Assembly: GCA_965237525.1 (NCBI GenBank)
Contig: CBDEFO010000003.1
Coordinates: 55,468-119,467 of the forward strand
DNA from: Candidatus Latescibacterota bacterium
Lineage (GTDB): Bacteria; Latescibacterota; CBDEFO01
DNA length: 64,000 bases
Reading direction: 5' to 3'
The notes under the pieces: model-generated
Told to the model about the DNA's origin: nothing
The model's input: only the letters and a program-made list of their open reading frames with translations
The model's database searches: none
In this document: one piece after another, positions 27,738-37,620 of the stretch
How positions within the stretch are numbered: the first letter of the stretch is position 1
Layout: each line of letters opens with the position of its first letter
Made by a program: the position numbers and the translations under genes

Positions 27738-28664
27738 TCAGGAGGGAGGGGAGGTGCCCTGTCTACTGTCTACTGTTTGCTGTCCACTGCTCTTCCACCT
27801 TCTGTGCATCCACAGCCAGTGATCTGGATATTTCCTTATGTACTCCTCCAGAACAGATGTATATTTCTGCGTTAGTTCCCTTATGCCGTGCTTTGACCCT
27901 GCGAACTCAGACGGATATATCGGGCCTTCGACTATTACCCTGTGTCTCCCCCCTTTCTGTCTTATCGGAAAACAGAGCACAAGAGGGATATTTCTCTTCA
28001 GAGCTATTGCCGCCGGTCCGGGAGGGGCCGATGCGCACTTATCAAAAAAGTTCACGAACACACCATCGGGACCGGCGTCCTGATCGGACAGAAAGCCCAC
28101 GAACTCTCCACGCCTTAAGGCCTTAAAGACCTCCTTGACCGAACTACTCCCCCTCGGAATCACCTTTAACCCGACCGCCTCTCTATGGTGTACAACGATA
28201 CGCTCAACCAATTCGTTCTTCATGGGAGCTGTCAGTGCAGAAAGGCGATAACCTAAATTACAGATCGCCGCTCCCGTCATCTCCCAATTCCCGAAGTGCC
28301 CTAGCACTAAGATGACCCCTCTTTTTAAGCTGGCAGCTTCCTTTGCTTTTTCAAAATTGATGAACCTGACAGACCTATTGATCTCATCCTTACCCATATA
28401 CGGGAGCCTCAGGAATTCGATCAGAGTCCGGCCGAAGTTCCTGTACGTGCCCCTTGCTATATCTTTCAGTTCCCTGTCGCTCTTCTCAGTTTCGAACGCC
28501 CTTTTTAGGTTCTGAAATACGATCTTCTTTCTGATTCCTATCACATAGAACGAGAGGTCTCCCAAGATCGCTCCGAAGAACAGGGCCGCTTTGAGTGGGA
28601 GGACATTCGCCAAGACTTTTAGAACTTCGACACCTGTATATTCGGCCAAATATTTTACAGACAT
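27738..28664 (-). CDS. LpxL/HtrB-type lysophospholipid (lipid A) acyltransferase
   Basis: About 300 aa with an N-terminal TM segment. Carries the HFGNWE catalytic motif, then FLSDQD and a PDHWLWMHRRWK C-terminus. Confidence 0.8.
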   Translation of the reverse strand: MSVKYLAEYTGVEVLKVLANVLPLKAALFFGAILGDLSFYVIGIRKKIVFQNLKRAFETEKSDRELKDIARGTYRNFGRTLIEFLRLPYMGKDEINRSVRFINFEKAKEAASLKRGVILVLGHFGNWEMTGAAICNLGYRLSALTAPMKNELVERIVVHHREAVGLKVIPRGSSSVKEVFKALRRGEFVGFLSDQDAGPDGVFVNFFDKCASAPPGPAAIALKRNIPLVLCFPIRQKGGRHRVIVEGPIYPSEFAGSKHGIRELTQKYTSVLEEYIRKYPDHWLWMHRRWKSSGQQTVDSRQGTSPPS

Positions 28665-28713
28665 GGTTGAACGGCGGTCTGCAGAGACCCGATCTCGTCT
28701 TTCGTCTTAATCT

Positions 28714-29682
28714 TTAGTATCCCGCTTCTCTATTATCCTCGATCTCCCACCCTTTCATAATCCTTTTTGCTCTCATTTTTTTCAGCGCATATACCAGTAT
28801 AAAGAGCAGACTTATGCCTACCCACAGCGTGAACGAATCTGTAGCCAAGGACACGAAGCCGAATCTGTCTTCCACATATCTTCTCCATCCTCGTTCAAAC
28901 TCATCGAGCGATATGCGTAACACACTTACTATCGCGAGCTCGAACGTAGCTCCAGCGGTCATCTCTGCCACAAGTCGCCTGAAGACATCTTCATCTGAAA
29001 GCTTTACAAGATATAAGGCGGCAAGGAAGCTTTGCATATAAGCCTGTTGTGCTTTGGAGGATGAAAATGTCAGAACCGAATCTATCTTGTCCAGTGGAAT
29101 AATGCCCCCGGTCAGGGCAGCGAAAGCCATACTAACACTCTGACCTAACCTCCATTCCCCTGAAAGGTACATAGCCAGGCCCTCGTTGAACCAACGTGGG
29201 ACTCTCACCGAGTGGTCGGACCATTTTTCTTTGAGGGTCCGTTCCAGCACTACGTGCGTTAGCTCGTGAGTCAAAATTTCTCTCATATTTCCTGCACCTA
29301 TAGCCTTGGGCTTTAAGATGATAAGGCTATCTTGGGGGAATGCGCAACCTGCTCCCCACTCGGGTATGGCTCCGCCTGTTACCTTCTCGAATTCCTCGTC
29401 GGACGAGGGGAGATATATCTTAGTATATCCGTATGAGTCTGTCCCTATCCTTTCAGATACGTCTATCAGACTCAACTTTGCTTCATCGAGCACCCTTTTT
29501 GCAAGAGTAGGGTCCGCTCCGTGGTAGAATACACCTATCAGTTCGGACTCCTCCCCTTTCCACACGGAATCGCCCCCGATTAAATCGGGGATCGACTTTG
29601 AAGATTGGTCGGTCACCGACTCCGTGGAGGAGCCCGGGACAGTAAGGAGAAGTGTCGCTAAAAGTGCCTTTGCGATCCTCAA
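28714..29682 (-). CDS. secreted zinc metallopeptidase (peptidase MA-like, HExxH) with C-terminal TM anchor
   Basis: Signal peptide, THELTHVV (HExxH), and a downstream NEGLA that may supply the third ligand. Hydrophobic C-terminal segment WVGISLLFILVYAL. Contains an in-frame copy of the CCCCGATT palindrome, coding IPDLIGG. Confidence 0.6.
   Translation of the reverse strand: MRIAKALLATLLLTVPGSSTESVTDQSSKSIPDLIGGDSVWKGEESELIGVFYHGADPTLAKRVLDEAKLSLIDVSERIGTDSYGYTKIYLPSSDEEFEKVTGGAIPEWGAGCAFPQDSLIILKPKAIGAGNMREILTHELTHVVLERTLKEKWSDHSVRVPRWFNEGLAMYLSGEWRLGQSVSMAFAALTGGIIPLDKIDSVLTFSSSKAQQAYMQSFLAALYLVKLSDEDVFRRLVAEMTAGATFELAIVSVLRISLDEFERGWRRYVEDRFGFVSLATDSFTLWVGISLLFILVYALKKMRAKRIMKGWEIEDNREAGY
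29574..29590. repeat. CCCCGATTAAATCGGGG palindrome inside a coding region
   Basis: Perfect 8-bp arms around one central base. It lies in frame within the peptidase gene. Confidence 0.6.
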
Positions 29683-29684
29683 GC

Positions 29685-30551
29685 CTACCTCGGGCTTATA
29701 CCGTCTGCCAAGTACCGGAAGAAATCGGATTCGGGCGGAAGCACAAGTACAGTGTTGGCGTCTATCGACACTTCGTACGCCTCGAGAGTCCTTACAAACT
29801 CGTAGAAAGCAGGGTCCCGTTGATACGCCTGGGCGTATATCTTGAGCGCCTCAGCGTCTCCCTGTCCCTTCATCTCCTGAGCCTTTTTGTATGCCTCCGC
29901 GCTGATCGTCGCCGCGTCCAGATCTGTCTGGGCACGTATCTTGAGAGCCTCTTCTTCACCTTCGGATCTGTACTGCTTGGCCTGACGGCTCCTCTCCGCC
30001 TTCATCCTGTCGAAGACCGACCTTTCGTTCTCCGGCGGAAGGTCCGCTCTCTTTATTCTCACATCTATCACCTCTATCCCGTAGTCCTGGGCATTCTTTC
30101 TAGATAGAGTCGTTACAGTCTCCATGATGTTCTTACGCTCTTCGGAGATCACTTCTATCAACGTGTGCTTTCCCAATTCCTCCCTTAAAGCTGCATAGAC
30201 TATATCGTCCAATCTGGGCTGGGCGGATCTTTCGGTCCTTATCTTCTCTAGGAACGTCTTGGGATCTGCGATCCTCCAACGCGCATAATTATCTACTATC
30301 AGGTTCTTCTTATCCTTCGTGTAGATAACCTTAGGATCGGCATCGTACTCTAAGATCCGCTTGTCGAACAGGTTCACCTTCTGCATCGGGAACGGGAGCT
30401 TAAAATAGAGTCCGGGCTCTTTGACCACCCTTACAACCTCTCCGACCTGAGTTATGACGACCTGCTCCTTCTCATCCACAGTGTAGATGACGAAGCTTGA
30501 GGCTATGATCAATACGATCAATATCACCAGTGTAACTACAGCGCCTTTCAT
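29685..30551 (-). CDS. hflC: SPFH/band-7 protein HflC
   Basis: 288 aa with an N-terminal TM segment and an SPFH domain. It follows the hflK-like gene with a 4-nt overlap. Confidence 0.8.
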   Translation of the reverse strand: MKGAVVTLVILIVLIIASSFVIYTVDEKEQVVITQVGEVVRVVKEPGLYFKLPFPMQKVNLFDKRILEYDADPKVIYTKDKKNLIVDNYARWRIADPKTFLEKIRTERSAQPRLDDIVYAALREELGKHTLIEVISEERKNIMETVTTLSRKNAQDYGIEVIDVRIKRADLPPENERSVFDRMKAERSRQAKQYRSEGEEEALKIRAQTDLDAATISAEAYKKAQEMKGQGDAEALKIYAQAYQRDPAFYEFVRTLEAYEVSIDANTVLVLPPESDFFRYLADGISPR

Positions 30552-31528
30552 CTTCCTCCTCCTTCTCCTATTGCTCTTTCCAGCGGCAGAACGTTCAAAA
30601 TTCCGCTATTTCCCTCCGCCTTAATCACGTACTTCTGGAGGCCGGGGAGCACCTTCTCCATCGTCTCTAAATACAATCTGGTCTTTGTGACCTTTTTGGC
30701 CTTCTTGTACTCTGCCAGAACTTGGAGGAATCTGTGGGCGTCGCCCTGGGCTCTGTTTACCCTCTCCACTTTGTAGGCTTCGGACCCCTTGATCAGCTTT
30801 TCTGCATTTCCTCTCGCTTTAGGGATGACATCGTTCTGGTAGCCCTCGGCTTCTCTTTTTAGCCGCTCCCTGTCCTCCCTTGCCGAAGCAACATCTTTAA
30901 AGGCCTGATCTACCTCTTTGGGGACGAACACCTCCTGCAACTTCACGGTTACTACCGCTATGCCTGACTCGTATATGTCCAGGATCCTCTGGAGCTCCTG
31001 CTCGGTCTCCGTCTGAATCAGGGCTTTCCCCTCTGTGAGCGCCTCGTCAATTTTGTGATTCCCTACCACCTGCCTCAGCGCCGCCTCAGCTGCGACCTTT
31101 ATCGTAATCTCAGGATTTTTGATCTTGAACAGATAGTTCGCTGCGTCCTTTATCCTGTACTGAACTGCGATCCAAATACCTACGATATTCTCGTCGCCTG
31201 TCAGCATCTCCGCCTCACTTGGAACATTACGGTACCGAGCAGGTGGCCCTTGGGATATTGTCCTGAAGCCTACCTCGATCCTCCTGATGCGGTCCACAGT
31301 CGGCGTATCCACTGTCTCTATCGGGGACGGAAAGTGCCAGTGCAGTCCCGCATCCACGGGTACACCTACCATCTTCCCGTACCTCCTTACGACCCCCTGC
31401 TCACCAGGGTCGACTATATATATCCCGCTGGCCAACCAGATAAACACCAATATTCCCAATCCGATGTAGATCTTACTGGCTGTCAGCTCGAAGTTGAACG
31501 GATTCCTTGGAAAATCGTACTGCTGCAT
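30548..31528 (-). CDS. hflK: SPFH/band-7 protein HflK
   Basis: 326 aa with a TM segment and an SPFH domain (VVRRYGK..., AEGY...A.G.A..F). It lies upstream of the hflC partner. Confidence 0.8.
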   Translation of the reverse strand: MQQYDFPRNPFNFELTASKIYIGLGILVFIWLASGIYIVDPGEQGVVRRYGKMVGVPVDAGLHWHFPSPIETVDTPTVDRIRRIEVGFRTISQGPPARYRNVPSEAEMLTGDENIVGIWIAVQYRIKDAANYLFKIKNPEITIKVAAEAALRQVVGNHKIDEALTEGKALIQTETEQELQRILDIYESGIAVVTVKLQEVFVPKEVDQAFKDVASAREDRERLKREAEGYQNDVIPKARGNAEKLIKGSEAYKVERVNRAQGDAHRFLQVLAEYKKAKKVTKTRLYLETMEKVLPGLQKYVIKAEGNSGILNVLPLERAIGEGGGR

Positions 31529-31571
31529 AGTTTAAAACACTCCCTTCTGTGCTGGAGAGCTCTACGTTTTC

Positions 31572-32561
31572 TTACTCTCCTGCGTTTGTTGTTAAAGTCA
31601 GATAATCTCTGATCTTGTATGTCTCCTCGATGCCTCTCAGACAGCAGTTGGATCCTGCTGCCTTGTTTGCAAAGACCGATGCAGACGGGAAATCCCCGGT
31701 CTTGAGATACTCCCAGGCAAAGGCTGCAAAAAACACATCTCCACAACCTGTCTGGTCAAGAAGTGGTGCGACCACTCCGTCCTGCTCAAATTTGAACGCA
31801 TCGGTCTTTTCTAACTCCATCTTGCCCCCCACACCCCTATACATACATATTGAGCCATCACCTCCATGCGTAATTATGACTCCATCAGAGCCAAGATTTA
31901 ATAGTTTCCGACCGAACTTTACAAAGTCCTCTTTTGTCTCTATCTTTGACCCATATAGGAGCTCCGCTTCGGTCTCGTTCATCTGAACAACATCTGTCTT
32001 TGAAAGCCACTCTTCCCACAAATCGGGCTTTCTTTGAAATCTCTTGCGATTGCTGTCTATCCCCAGGGTAAGACTGTGAACATCCATAAAGATGAGTGCA
32101 TCAGTAAATCTCTTTACTTTCTTTAAATCATCAATGCTGATCTCAAATCCCGATATAAAGTTAAAGCAGAGGGCGTCGCAGTCCAAAAATGGCTCCAATC
32201 GTTCGAACGTAAGGGCAGGCACACCTCCCAACAGCGTTTCGTCCTTATGCCCATCCTGGTAGTACTGTATGATACAGTGGTTGTTCTTTTCTGCCACCAC
32301 TTCAACGCCGCTTATATCAATAGAGTCGTACCTTTTTAGGAAGCCTAATACCTTTTCGGAGACATCCTCTCCCAGGTTGCACAGGGGAAATATGACGGCA
32401 TCGGACTCAGATATGGTAGCCAAAGGCAGGACACTGTACAATAGACCTCCATAGCTTTCAGTTACAACTCCGTCTGCCGCCCGTATCGTATCCCTGTTGA
32501 CCGTGCCGACGACTGCAATTTTCTTAGACATAAACTTTTTAGGCATAAGCTTTTCAGACAT
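31572..32561 (-). CDS. PfkB-family carbohydrate/nucleoside kinase
   Basis: DQTGCGDVFFAAF is a variant of the PfkB DTxGAGD motif. An N-terminal GG dipeptide region (ESYGGLLY) is also present. Confidence 0.75.
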   Translation of the reverse strand: MSEKLMPKKFMSKKIAVVGTVNRDTIRAADGVVTESYGGLLYSVLPLATISESDAVIFPLCNLGEDVSEKVLGFLKRYDSIDISGVEVVAEKNNHCIIQYYQDGHKDETLLGGVPALTFERLEPFLDCDALCFNFISGFEISIDDLKKVKRFTDALIFMDVHSLTLGIDSNRKRFQRKPDLWEEWLSKTDVVQMNETEAELLYGSKIETKEDFVKFGRKLLNLGSDGVIITHGGDGSICMYRGVGGKMELEKTDAFKFEQDGVVAPLLDQTGCGDVFFAAFAWEYLKTGDFPSASVFANKAAGSNCCLRGIEETYKIRDYLTLTTNAGE

Positions 32562-32651
32562 AAGCTTTAAAGCCGCACCTTGTGAATATGCCGATTAAGT
32601 CTGATCCACCCACTTCAGCTAGCCCAATTTTCCCTATATACCTTTCTTTAA

Positions 32652-34170
32652 AAGCCTTGTGAAAAACCCTTAGATTCAGAAAATAGTATAAAACAAGCAT
32701 TGATAAAGCAGCTCCGATGTATTATATTATGTTATTGATAATATTATACATGGAGGAAACAATGACCCCACAAAAGCAGGAACAGACAAATCCGATGTTT
32801 CACTATTTTCAGATGGAGGATTTAGTTCCCGAGGATCATATCCTTCGTCAGATTGATGAGGCAGTTGATTTTTCATTTATACGAGACGTTGTATCAGATT
32901 GTTATTGCCCTGACAATGGCAGACCCGGTATTGATCCTGAATTAGTTGTTCGAATGATCCTTATTGGCTATCTGTATAATTTGAGTGAGAATCGGCTCTG
33001 TCAGGAAGTGGGGATGCATGCGGCATATCGGTTGTTTTGTCATCAGACATTTGATGATGCGGTTCCGGATAGGAGCACGATCAACAAGCTTCGCAATCAC
33101 AAGTGGGCATCCAGTGGGTTGTTTGAACGGATAATGCGTCAGGTAGTCCAGTGTTGCATAGATGTCGGTCTTGTGAGCGGTAAACACCTTAGTGTCGACG
33201 GCACTCAGATACAAGCTGATGCTTCAGTGAAAAGTATTGAGCCGATAGAACCCCCTGTTTCTCTTGATGATTATCTCAAGGGAATCGGTTTTGAAGGTGA
33301 TAAGACAAAGGGTAGGTCCGGGCATCCTCAGGATAAAGACTTTCATGGTGAAAAGTGGACGAACCAAACACACCGTTCGACTACAGACCCCGACGCGCGC
33401 TTATACAGCAAATCGAAGGGCAAAGGGGCTTTTCTCTCGTTTATGGGCCATGATCTGATCGACACAAAAAGCAGAGTAATCCTTGAGACTCAGGGCACGC
33501 AGGCGACAGGGACAGCAGAGCCCGAAAGTGCCCTTAAGATGGTAGATGACCTTGAAACATACACCATGCCCAAAGACATTCAGACACTTAGTGCCGATAC
33601 CGGTTACGGTTCTGGTAATTTTATCGCTGATGTACTTGACCGGGGAATCATACCCCATATTCCTCTGCGAGCCGATGAGAAGATTGAACCGATTCCTACA
33701 TGGAAAAACAAGACAAATTCAGCACATATTCAGGCCGAACGGGATAGAAAAGTGCGAGAGGCGAAAGCCAGAAATCATGCACGGTCTATCTCATTAACAG
33801 CTGACTACAAACTCTCCCGGAGACTCCGTAAACGCAGTGAACATATCTTTGCTGAAGCCAGGCAACAACACGGTATGGGACGAGCCCGTTACAGAGGACC
33901 AGCCTCACTGAATGAACAGTTGAATCTTGTTGCAACAGTACAGAATCTCAAGAGGCTTGTATCTTTCATAAGAAGGGGGAAAGCGTCTATGTGTGCCCTG
34001 TCTGTCAAAGACAGTGCATCCTGTTCTTCAAACAGCTCCTGTTCCTTGCTGACCAGAACTCTGATAAGACTATTTTGCTTATTCCACAGCAAAACGATAC
34101 GATATGCTACTCTTTGACCCATAATCGGCGCTTCAGACGCTGCCTGGGACATAACTATTTCACAAGGCTT
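32652..34170 (+). mobile_element. IS element copy 3 (1519 bp)
   Basis: Same inverted repeats, with TTAA direct repeats at 32648-32651 and 34171-34174. Confidence 0.9.
32717..34117 (+). CDS. IS1182/IS5-superfamily DDE transposase (466 aa, intact)
   Basis: Differs from copy 2 at one residue (FSFIRDVV versus FSFVRDVV). Confidence 0.9.
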   Translation: MYYIMLLIILYMEETMTPQKQEQTNPMFHYFQMEDLVPEDHILRQIDEAVDFSFIRDVVSDCYCPDNGRPGIDPELVVRMILIGYLYNLSENRLCQEVGMHAAYRLFCHQTFDDAVPDRSTINKLRNHKWASSGLFERIMRQVVQCCIDVGLVSGKHLSVDGTQIQADASVKSIEPIEPPVSLDDYLKGIGFEGDKTKGRSGHPQDKDFHGEKWTNQTHRSTTDPDARLYSKSKGKGAFLSFMGHDLIDTKSRVILETQGTQATGTAEPESALKMVDDLETYTMPKDIQTLSADTGYGSGNFIADVLDRGIIPHIPLRADEKIEPIPTWKNKTNSAHIQAERDRKVREAKARNHARSISLTADYKLSRRLRKRSEHIFAEARQQHGMGRARYRGPASLNEQLNLVATVQNLKRLVSFIRRGKASMCALSVKDSASCSSNSSCSLLTRTLIRLFCLFHSKTIRYATL

Positions 34171-34174
34171 TTAA

Positions 34175-34562
34175 GGATCTCTTTTAAATGCCGGTTTTCG
34201 GAGTTCTCCAACCTGGGTTCACTTTCTATCAGATCAAACGCCTCTTTACTGGCTCTAAAACGCCCGTTTTACGTAGTCGATGCCCCCAAACGACACACAG
34301 CTTAAATAGGCCATTCCGTCCCCTGAGGTCATGACGAATTGCCTTCCATTACCGCCGAAATCTGTTGCTTTTCCACCTGTCTTATTCCTGTGACCTGCTT
34401 GTGGAAGGGCAGATCGGATATTGATATGATCAAACTCCTGTCTATATACCTTCTGGGGATGTAATAGAGAAGATCTTCGACGGTCTCGACGCCGAGCGAG
34501 CCTAAGGCCTTCGCGCGCGTAATGCCTATTCCGTTTTGAAATCAGCGGTGTCGAGTGTCCAT
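34175..34562 (-). pseudogene. recG: recG N-terminal remnant, decayed and cut off by IS copy 3
   Basis: Hand translation gives MDTRHR*FQNGIGITRAKALGSLGVETVEDLLYYIPRRYIDRS..., the RecG N-terminal pattern (GIG.K.A..L...GI.TV.DLL...P.RY.DR). It is followed by stops and frame changes. It abuts the IS end, and the helicase domains are absent. Confidence 0.45.
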
Positions 34563-34682
34563 CTATTCCCTGATCAACCGACAGTTTCTATCCTTCCTTA
34601 AGATCAAAATCAGTGAGGTCTCCAATATAAATATAAGCGAAGTTATATAAAAAAACCAAAGCTTTTTCTATTGTATATCTTA

Positions 34683-37091
34683 TCAGCCGGGTTCTGCTCC
34701 TTTTGGCTGGAGACTTATCTCTATGTGTCTTTGCTCTCCCCTCTCCACATTTACTTCTACCTGAGCACCTTTATATCCTCCTCTGCTTGCTCTGATCTTA
34801 TGGCTTGCACCCTCAATATAACCGAATGAAAACGCCCCGTCCTTTTCTGTTTGAAGCGGAAGATAATCGTCTAAAACTACTAAGGCGTCCCCTAACGGCC
34901 TGGATAGATTGTCTAATACCTTACCTGAGATAGTAGAAGAATCGGGTGTATCGTAGTGCCGTAGTACTCCTTTATAGATAGCGTACGCCGTCTTTTTAAG
35001 CCGGGAGGGCTCCATGAGGATATACTCTTCCTGTGGGTCGGAAAAGAAAGATGGAGTGATCAACACCGCCGGGCAAGATGTCTGCTGAACCACGTAGCTT
35101 GCGTCCTGATATGTCCCACCGTCCTGAGTTTTTAGGGCCGATACTACCTCCTCTTGAATAGCCTCTGCCAGGCTTTTACCCTCCGTACTTTGGGGATAGT
35201 GTCCTGTCCGGGTGGTTCGACTACTCCGGGCTGGATTTTCCTTTCCATAAGCTTCGTATGAGATTGAGATAAAAAGGTCAGCAGATGCACGCGAGGCGAC
35301 CTGAACTCTCTGAAGAGGTGTCGCGCTTTTGTCGCCATCCCTCGTCAGATGATCTATCGCGCCTGCCTTTCTAAGATATTCCGCTACGAACCGCGCTACG
35401 CCTAAATTTATGTCCGAAGCCCGCGTCCCCCAAAAACCCGTCGGACCTGTCTCTTCGCCTCCGAAAGCGGGGTCTATCACTATCTTTCGACCCAAAAGGA
35501 CTCCGCCTGATACCGGAGAAAGTTCAACTTTCAAAAAAGACGATTTGCCGTCGTCTATATTTATATTCAGACTCTGAGGTACGTATCCATCTTTTTCCAC
35601 GAAGACCCGATGCATCCCCGACTCAAAATCCTCTATGATCAGATAGCCCTCTGCATTTGAGAAGGTGGGTCGCTCACTCCTTGAAGGCATGTCGGAGTCT
35701 ACAGTTATCCTTGCTCCCTTTAACGGGCGATTATCTAAGTCGTCTTTGACCCTTATGGCCAGAAGTTCCCCGATCGAGTCGAAACTCGCAATAATGTGAT
35801 TTTCTATATTCCCATAGGAAGCAGTTATCTGCACATCGCCCGGCCGGTACGAAAAGAGATACGCCCTGGCAATTCCGTTCTCCGTCGTGAGCGTATCCAA
35901 TTCAAATCTCCCCAACGTTGAAGCAAAAACAACCTCGGTGCCATCCACGACAGGTATCCTGTCTTTATCGGTTACAAAAGCCCGTATCATAAGGGGGATT
36001 CCACTCTCAGGAGGAGCCATCTCCGGTCGGACAGAAAGGTCGATCCGGGCGGGAGGAAGAGATACGTAGAAGCTGGCACTGGCAAGATTTGAAGAATTTC
36101 CACGCAGATTCCTTGCAGACAAAGATATTGTATGAAGAGAATTGGAGAGTCTATCAGGATGCCTGTAGCTGACTGTCCCTCTTTGAGGATCGAAGATGTG
36201 TGCGATCCTTTCCCCGTCCAGCGTCATAACTATTGTCTGAGGGTCAATCCCCGCTCCTCCTTCTCCGTCTGTGACAAATCCTTCTATTGTGGGTCTTACA
36301 TCCGAAATGGTGGTATCCCGGGGAGAGAGGTTAAGGACCCGAGGAACTTGCCGCGCAAAATAGTCCAAGATCCCCAGAAAATAGCTCTGCGCCTCAAGCA
36401 ACTGTGCATCCTGTGTTTTCAGCTTCTTTTCAATCTTGGGGTTGGATATATATGAAGATTCCCCCAAAATAGCCGGGGCCTTGTTGTTTCTGAGAACAAA
36501 GTAATTTCCCGGGAGGACCTTGTTGTCCGGGCTTGTGATCCTTAAGTTCTGCACCAAATGACGGTGTATGTCCCTGCCCGCGTCTAAAGATGGCCCTTCG
36601 TCCGACATCTTGTAAAAGACCTTTGTATTGTTGACGTCCCTGTTCGTCTTTGCATCGGCGTTATGGTGTATGGAGATGAAAAGATCGGGCTCTATATTGT
36701 TGGAAATATCCACCCGCACCTGAAGGTCTTCCTTCAAAACGGGGGTATCCACATCTTTTCCTCCAAGCGGCAAGAGATCTCCTTTGCTGTACCTCGTCAG
36801 AACAACGTAAGTCCCGCCTTCCAAGAGGAGGCGAGCTAACTTCAAAGCCACCCCTAAATTTACGTCCGCCTCCTTCAGGTCCTTCTTGCCCACAGCGCCT
36901 GAGAACCTGCCTCCGTGTCCGGGGTCTATGACTATGATCTTCCCCTTAAGCGCGGACACATCCAGATCATCCAGAGATTCTGCAAGAAGACTGTAGGCGT
37001 CGTCCCGCCGGGACAAGAAGGGCACGATAGAGCACCCTGAGATCAGAACCGTCAACAGAAAGAGAGGGATTATGAGATTTGACTTTGGCAC
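34683..37091 (-). CDS. N-acetylmuramoyl-L-alanine amidase, large multidomain (two Amidase_3-like domains)
   Basis: IVIDPGHGGRFSGAVG...EADVNLGVALKLARLL...FISIHHNA is the Amidase_3 signature. A second, degenerate copy is IVIDPAFGGEETGPTG...INLGVARFV...FISISYEA. Signal/lipoprotein-like N-terminus (LISGCS). Confidence 0.85.
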   Translation of the reverse strand: MPKSNLIIPLFLLTVLISGCSIVPFLSRRDDAYSLLAESLDDLDVSALKGKIIVIDPGHGGRFSGAVGKKDLKEADVNLGVALKLARLLLEGGTYVVLTRYSKGDLLPLGGKDVDTPVLKEDLQVRVDISNNIEPDLFISIHHNADAKTNRDVNNTKVFYKMSDEGPSLDAGRDIHRHLVQNLRITSPDNKVLPGNYFVLRNNKAPAILGESSYISNPKIEKKLKTQDAQLLEAQSYFLGILDYFARQVPRVLNLSPRDTTISDVRPTIEGFVTDGEGGAGIDPQTIVMTLDGERIAHIFDPQRGTVSYRHPDRLSNSLHTISLSARNLRGNSSNLASASFYVSLPPARIDLSVRPEMAPPESGIPLMIRAFVTDKDRIPVVDGTEVVFASTLGRFELDTLTTENGIARAYLFSYRPGDVQITASYGNIENHIIASFDSIGELLAIRVKDDLDNRPLKGARITVDSDMPSRSERPTFSNAEGYLIIEDFESGMHRVFVEKDGYVPQSLNINIDDGKSSFLKVELSPVSGGVLLGRKIVIDPAFGGEETGPTGFWGTRASDINLGVARFVAEYLRKAGAIDHLTRDGDKSATPLQRVQVASRASADLFISISYEAYGKENPARSSRTTRTGHYPQSTEGKSLAEAIQEEVVSALKTQDGGTYQDASYVVQQTSCPAVLITPSFFSDPQEEYILMEPSRLKKTAYAIYKGVLRHYDTPDSSTISGKVLDNLSRPLGDALVVLDDYLPLQTEKDGAFSFGYIEGASHKIRASRGGYKGAQVEVNVERGEQRHIEISLQPKGAEPG

Positions 37092-37230
37092 CGTTTTTCT
37101 TTATATTGCAGCTAGCAGATCAGGGCAACCTTGCTCCCTATCGGGCGTTACACTAATAAATAGACATATTTCTCGCTATACAATATTACCAATCGCAACC
37201 TGAAGGTGCAAGCAATTTTTACCAGGACGC

Positions 37231-37620
37231 TTGAATATGTCCCGCAAGAGTCATAAGAACCTTGTATTATCGCTTACTGCCTCTGTGATCTTACACTCCA
37301 TAGTGTTTTTTCTCGCCTATATATTGAGAGGTGAAAGGGAGGATCAGGTATATAAGGTGCAGTTCAGACCTTATGGGCCTGCTCCTGCAAAGCCTCTATA
37401 TCCTGCGGAAAAACCTTCAATCCCCAAAGTGGCTGTTGAGATGCTCCCTAAAAAGGGAAAACCCGAACTGCCCCCGGAGGGATTTGCGGCTATTGATGAT
37501 ACTAGCAGATGGAAGGATGAACTCCGAGAAAGCGCCTTGAGTGCCGTCGAGGCTGAGGGACTTGTGGAGACCGCAGGCTCAAAAAGAGGGATCATTAAAA
37601 GCCTTGTGAAAAACCCTTAG
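37231..37620 (+). pseudogene. TonB-like protein N-terminal part, 3' end replaced by IS copy 4
   Basis: N-terminal TM segment (LVLSLTASVILHSIVFFLAYIL) and a Pro/Lys-rich linker (RPYGPAPAKPLYPAEKPSIPK...KGKPELPPEGF). There is no C-terminal TonB domain. The last residues (KSLVKNP*) are read from the IS inverted repeat. Confidence 0.45.

Noticed and set aside
24937-32651. IS copies 2 and 3 plus the intervening genes as a composite transposon
   Set aside because: Each copy has its own matching 4-bp duplication (CTAA/CTAA and TTAA/TTAA), so they inserted independently. The cargo is core housekeeping (tpiA, coaE, hflKC).
34175-34562. Two in-frame TGA codons in the recG remnant as selenocysteine sites
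   Set aside because: They lie at non-conserved positions and are followed by TAA/TAG stops and frame changes. The gene also lacks its catalytic domains, so this is ordinary decay.
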